A stretch of 64,000 nucleotides of DNA from Octopus sinensis. Taxonomy: Eukaryota. The notes beneath the pieces are model-generated. The model was not told the origin of the DNA. It saw nothing but the letters and a program-made list of their open reading frames with translations, and searched no databases. The DNA is taken from positions 52,824,001 through 52,888,000 of the forward strand of contig NC_043008.1 of the NCBI RefSeq assembly GCF_006345805.1. Direction: 5' to 3'. Made by a program: the position numbers and the translations under genes. Below are positions 63,971-64,000 of this stretch, in pieces. Position 1 is the stretch's first letter; each line of letters begins with the position of its first letter.

Positions 63971-64000
63971 AAAGATTTATTATAACCGACACTCATAACA

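Overview
AT-rich, non-coding eukaryotic DNA, very probably from an octopus. This is inferred from recognising the recurring tRNA-derived SINE families and the microsatellite load; it was not checked against a database. I could not support any host protein-coding exon. The long ORFs in the track are translations of microsatellites, and the only protein-like sequence is decayed 3' ends of CR1/Jockey-group and RTE-clade LINEs. The window holds several SINE families (labelled A-E here), piggyBac-like and hAT MITEs, Helentron-type non-autonomous (HINE-like) elements, minisatellites, local duplications and a 100-N assembly gap (38839-38938). The most interesting signal is two related minus-strand elements (about 6085-6278 and 12480-12740) with a tRNA-like Pol III head followed by a Penelope-type minimal hammerhead ribozyme. 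One copy keeps the catalytic core and the other keeps the stems. Other notable structures are a piggyBac-like MITE inserted into the internal TTAA of its own family, two SINE-B insertions at the same nucleotide of SINE-A, and a 198-bp near-perfect foldback. Most element boundaries are approximate; TSD, motif and foldback coordinates were counted by hand.
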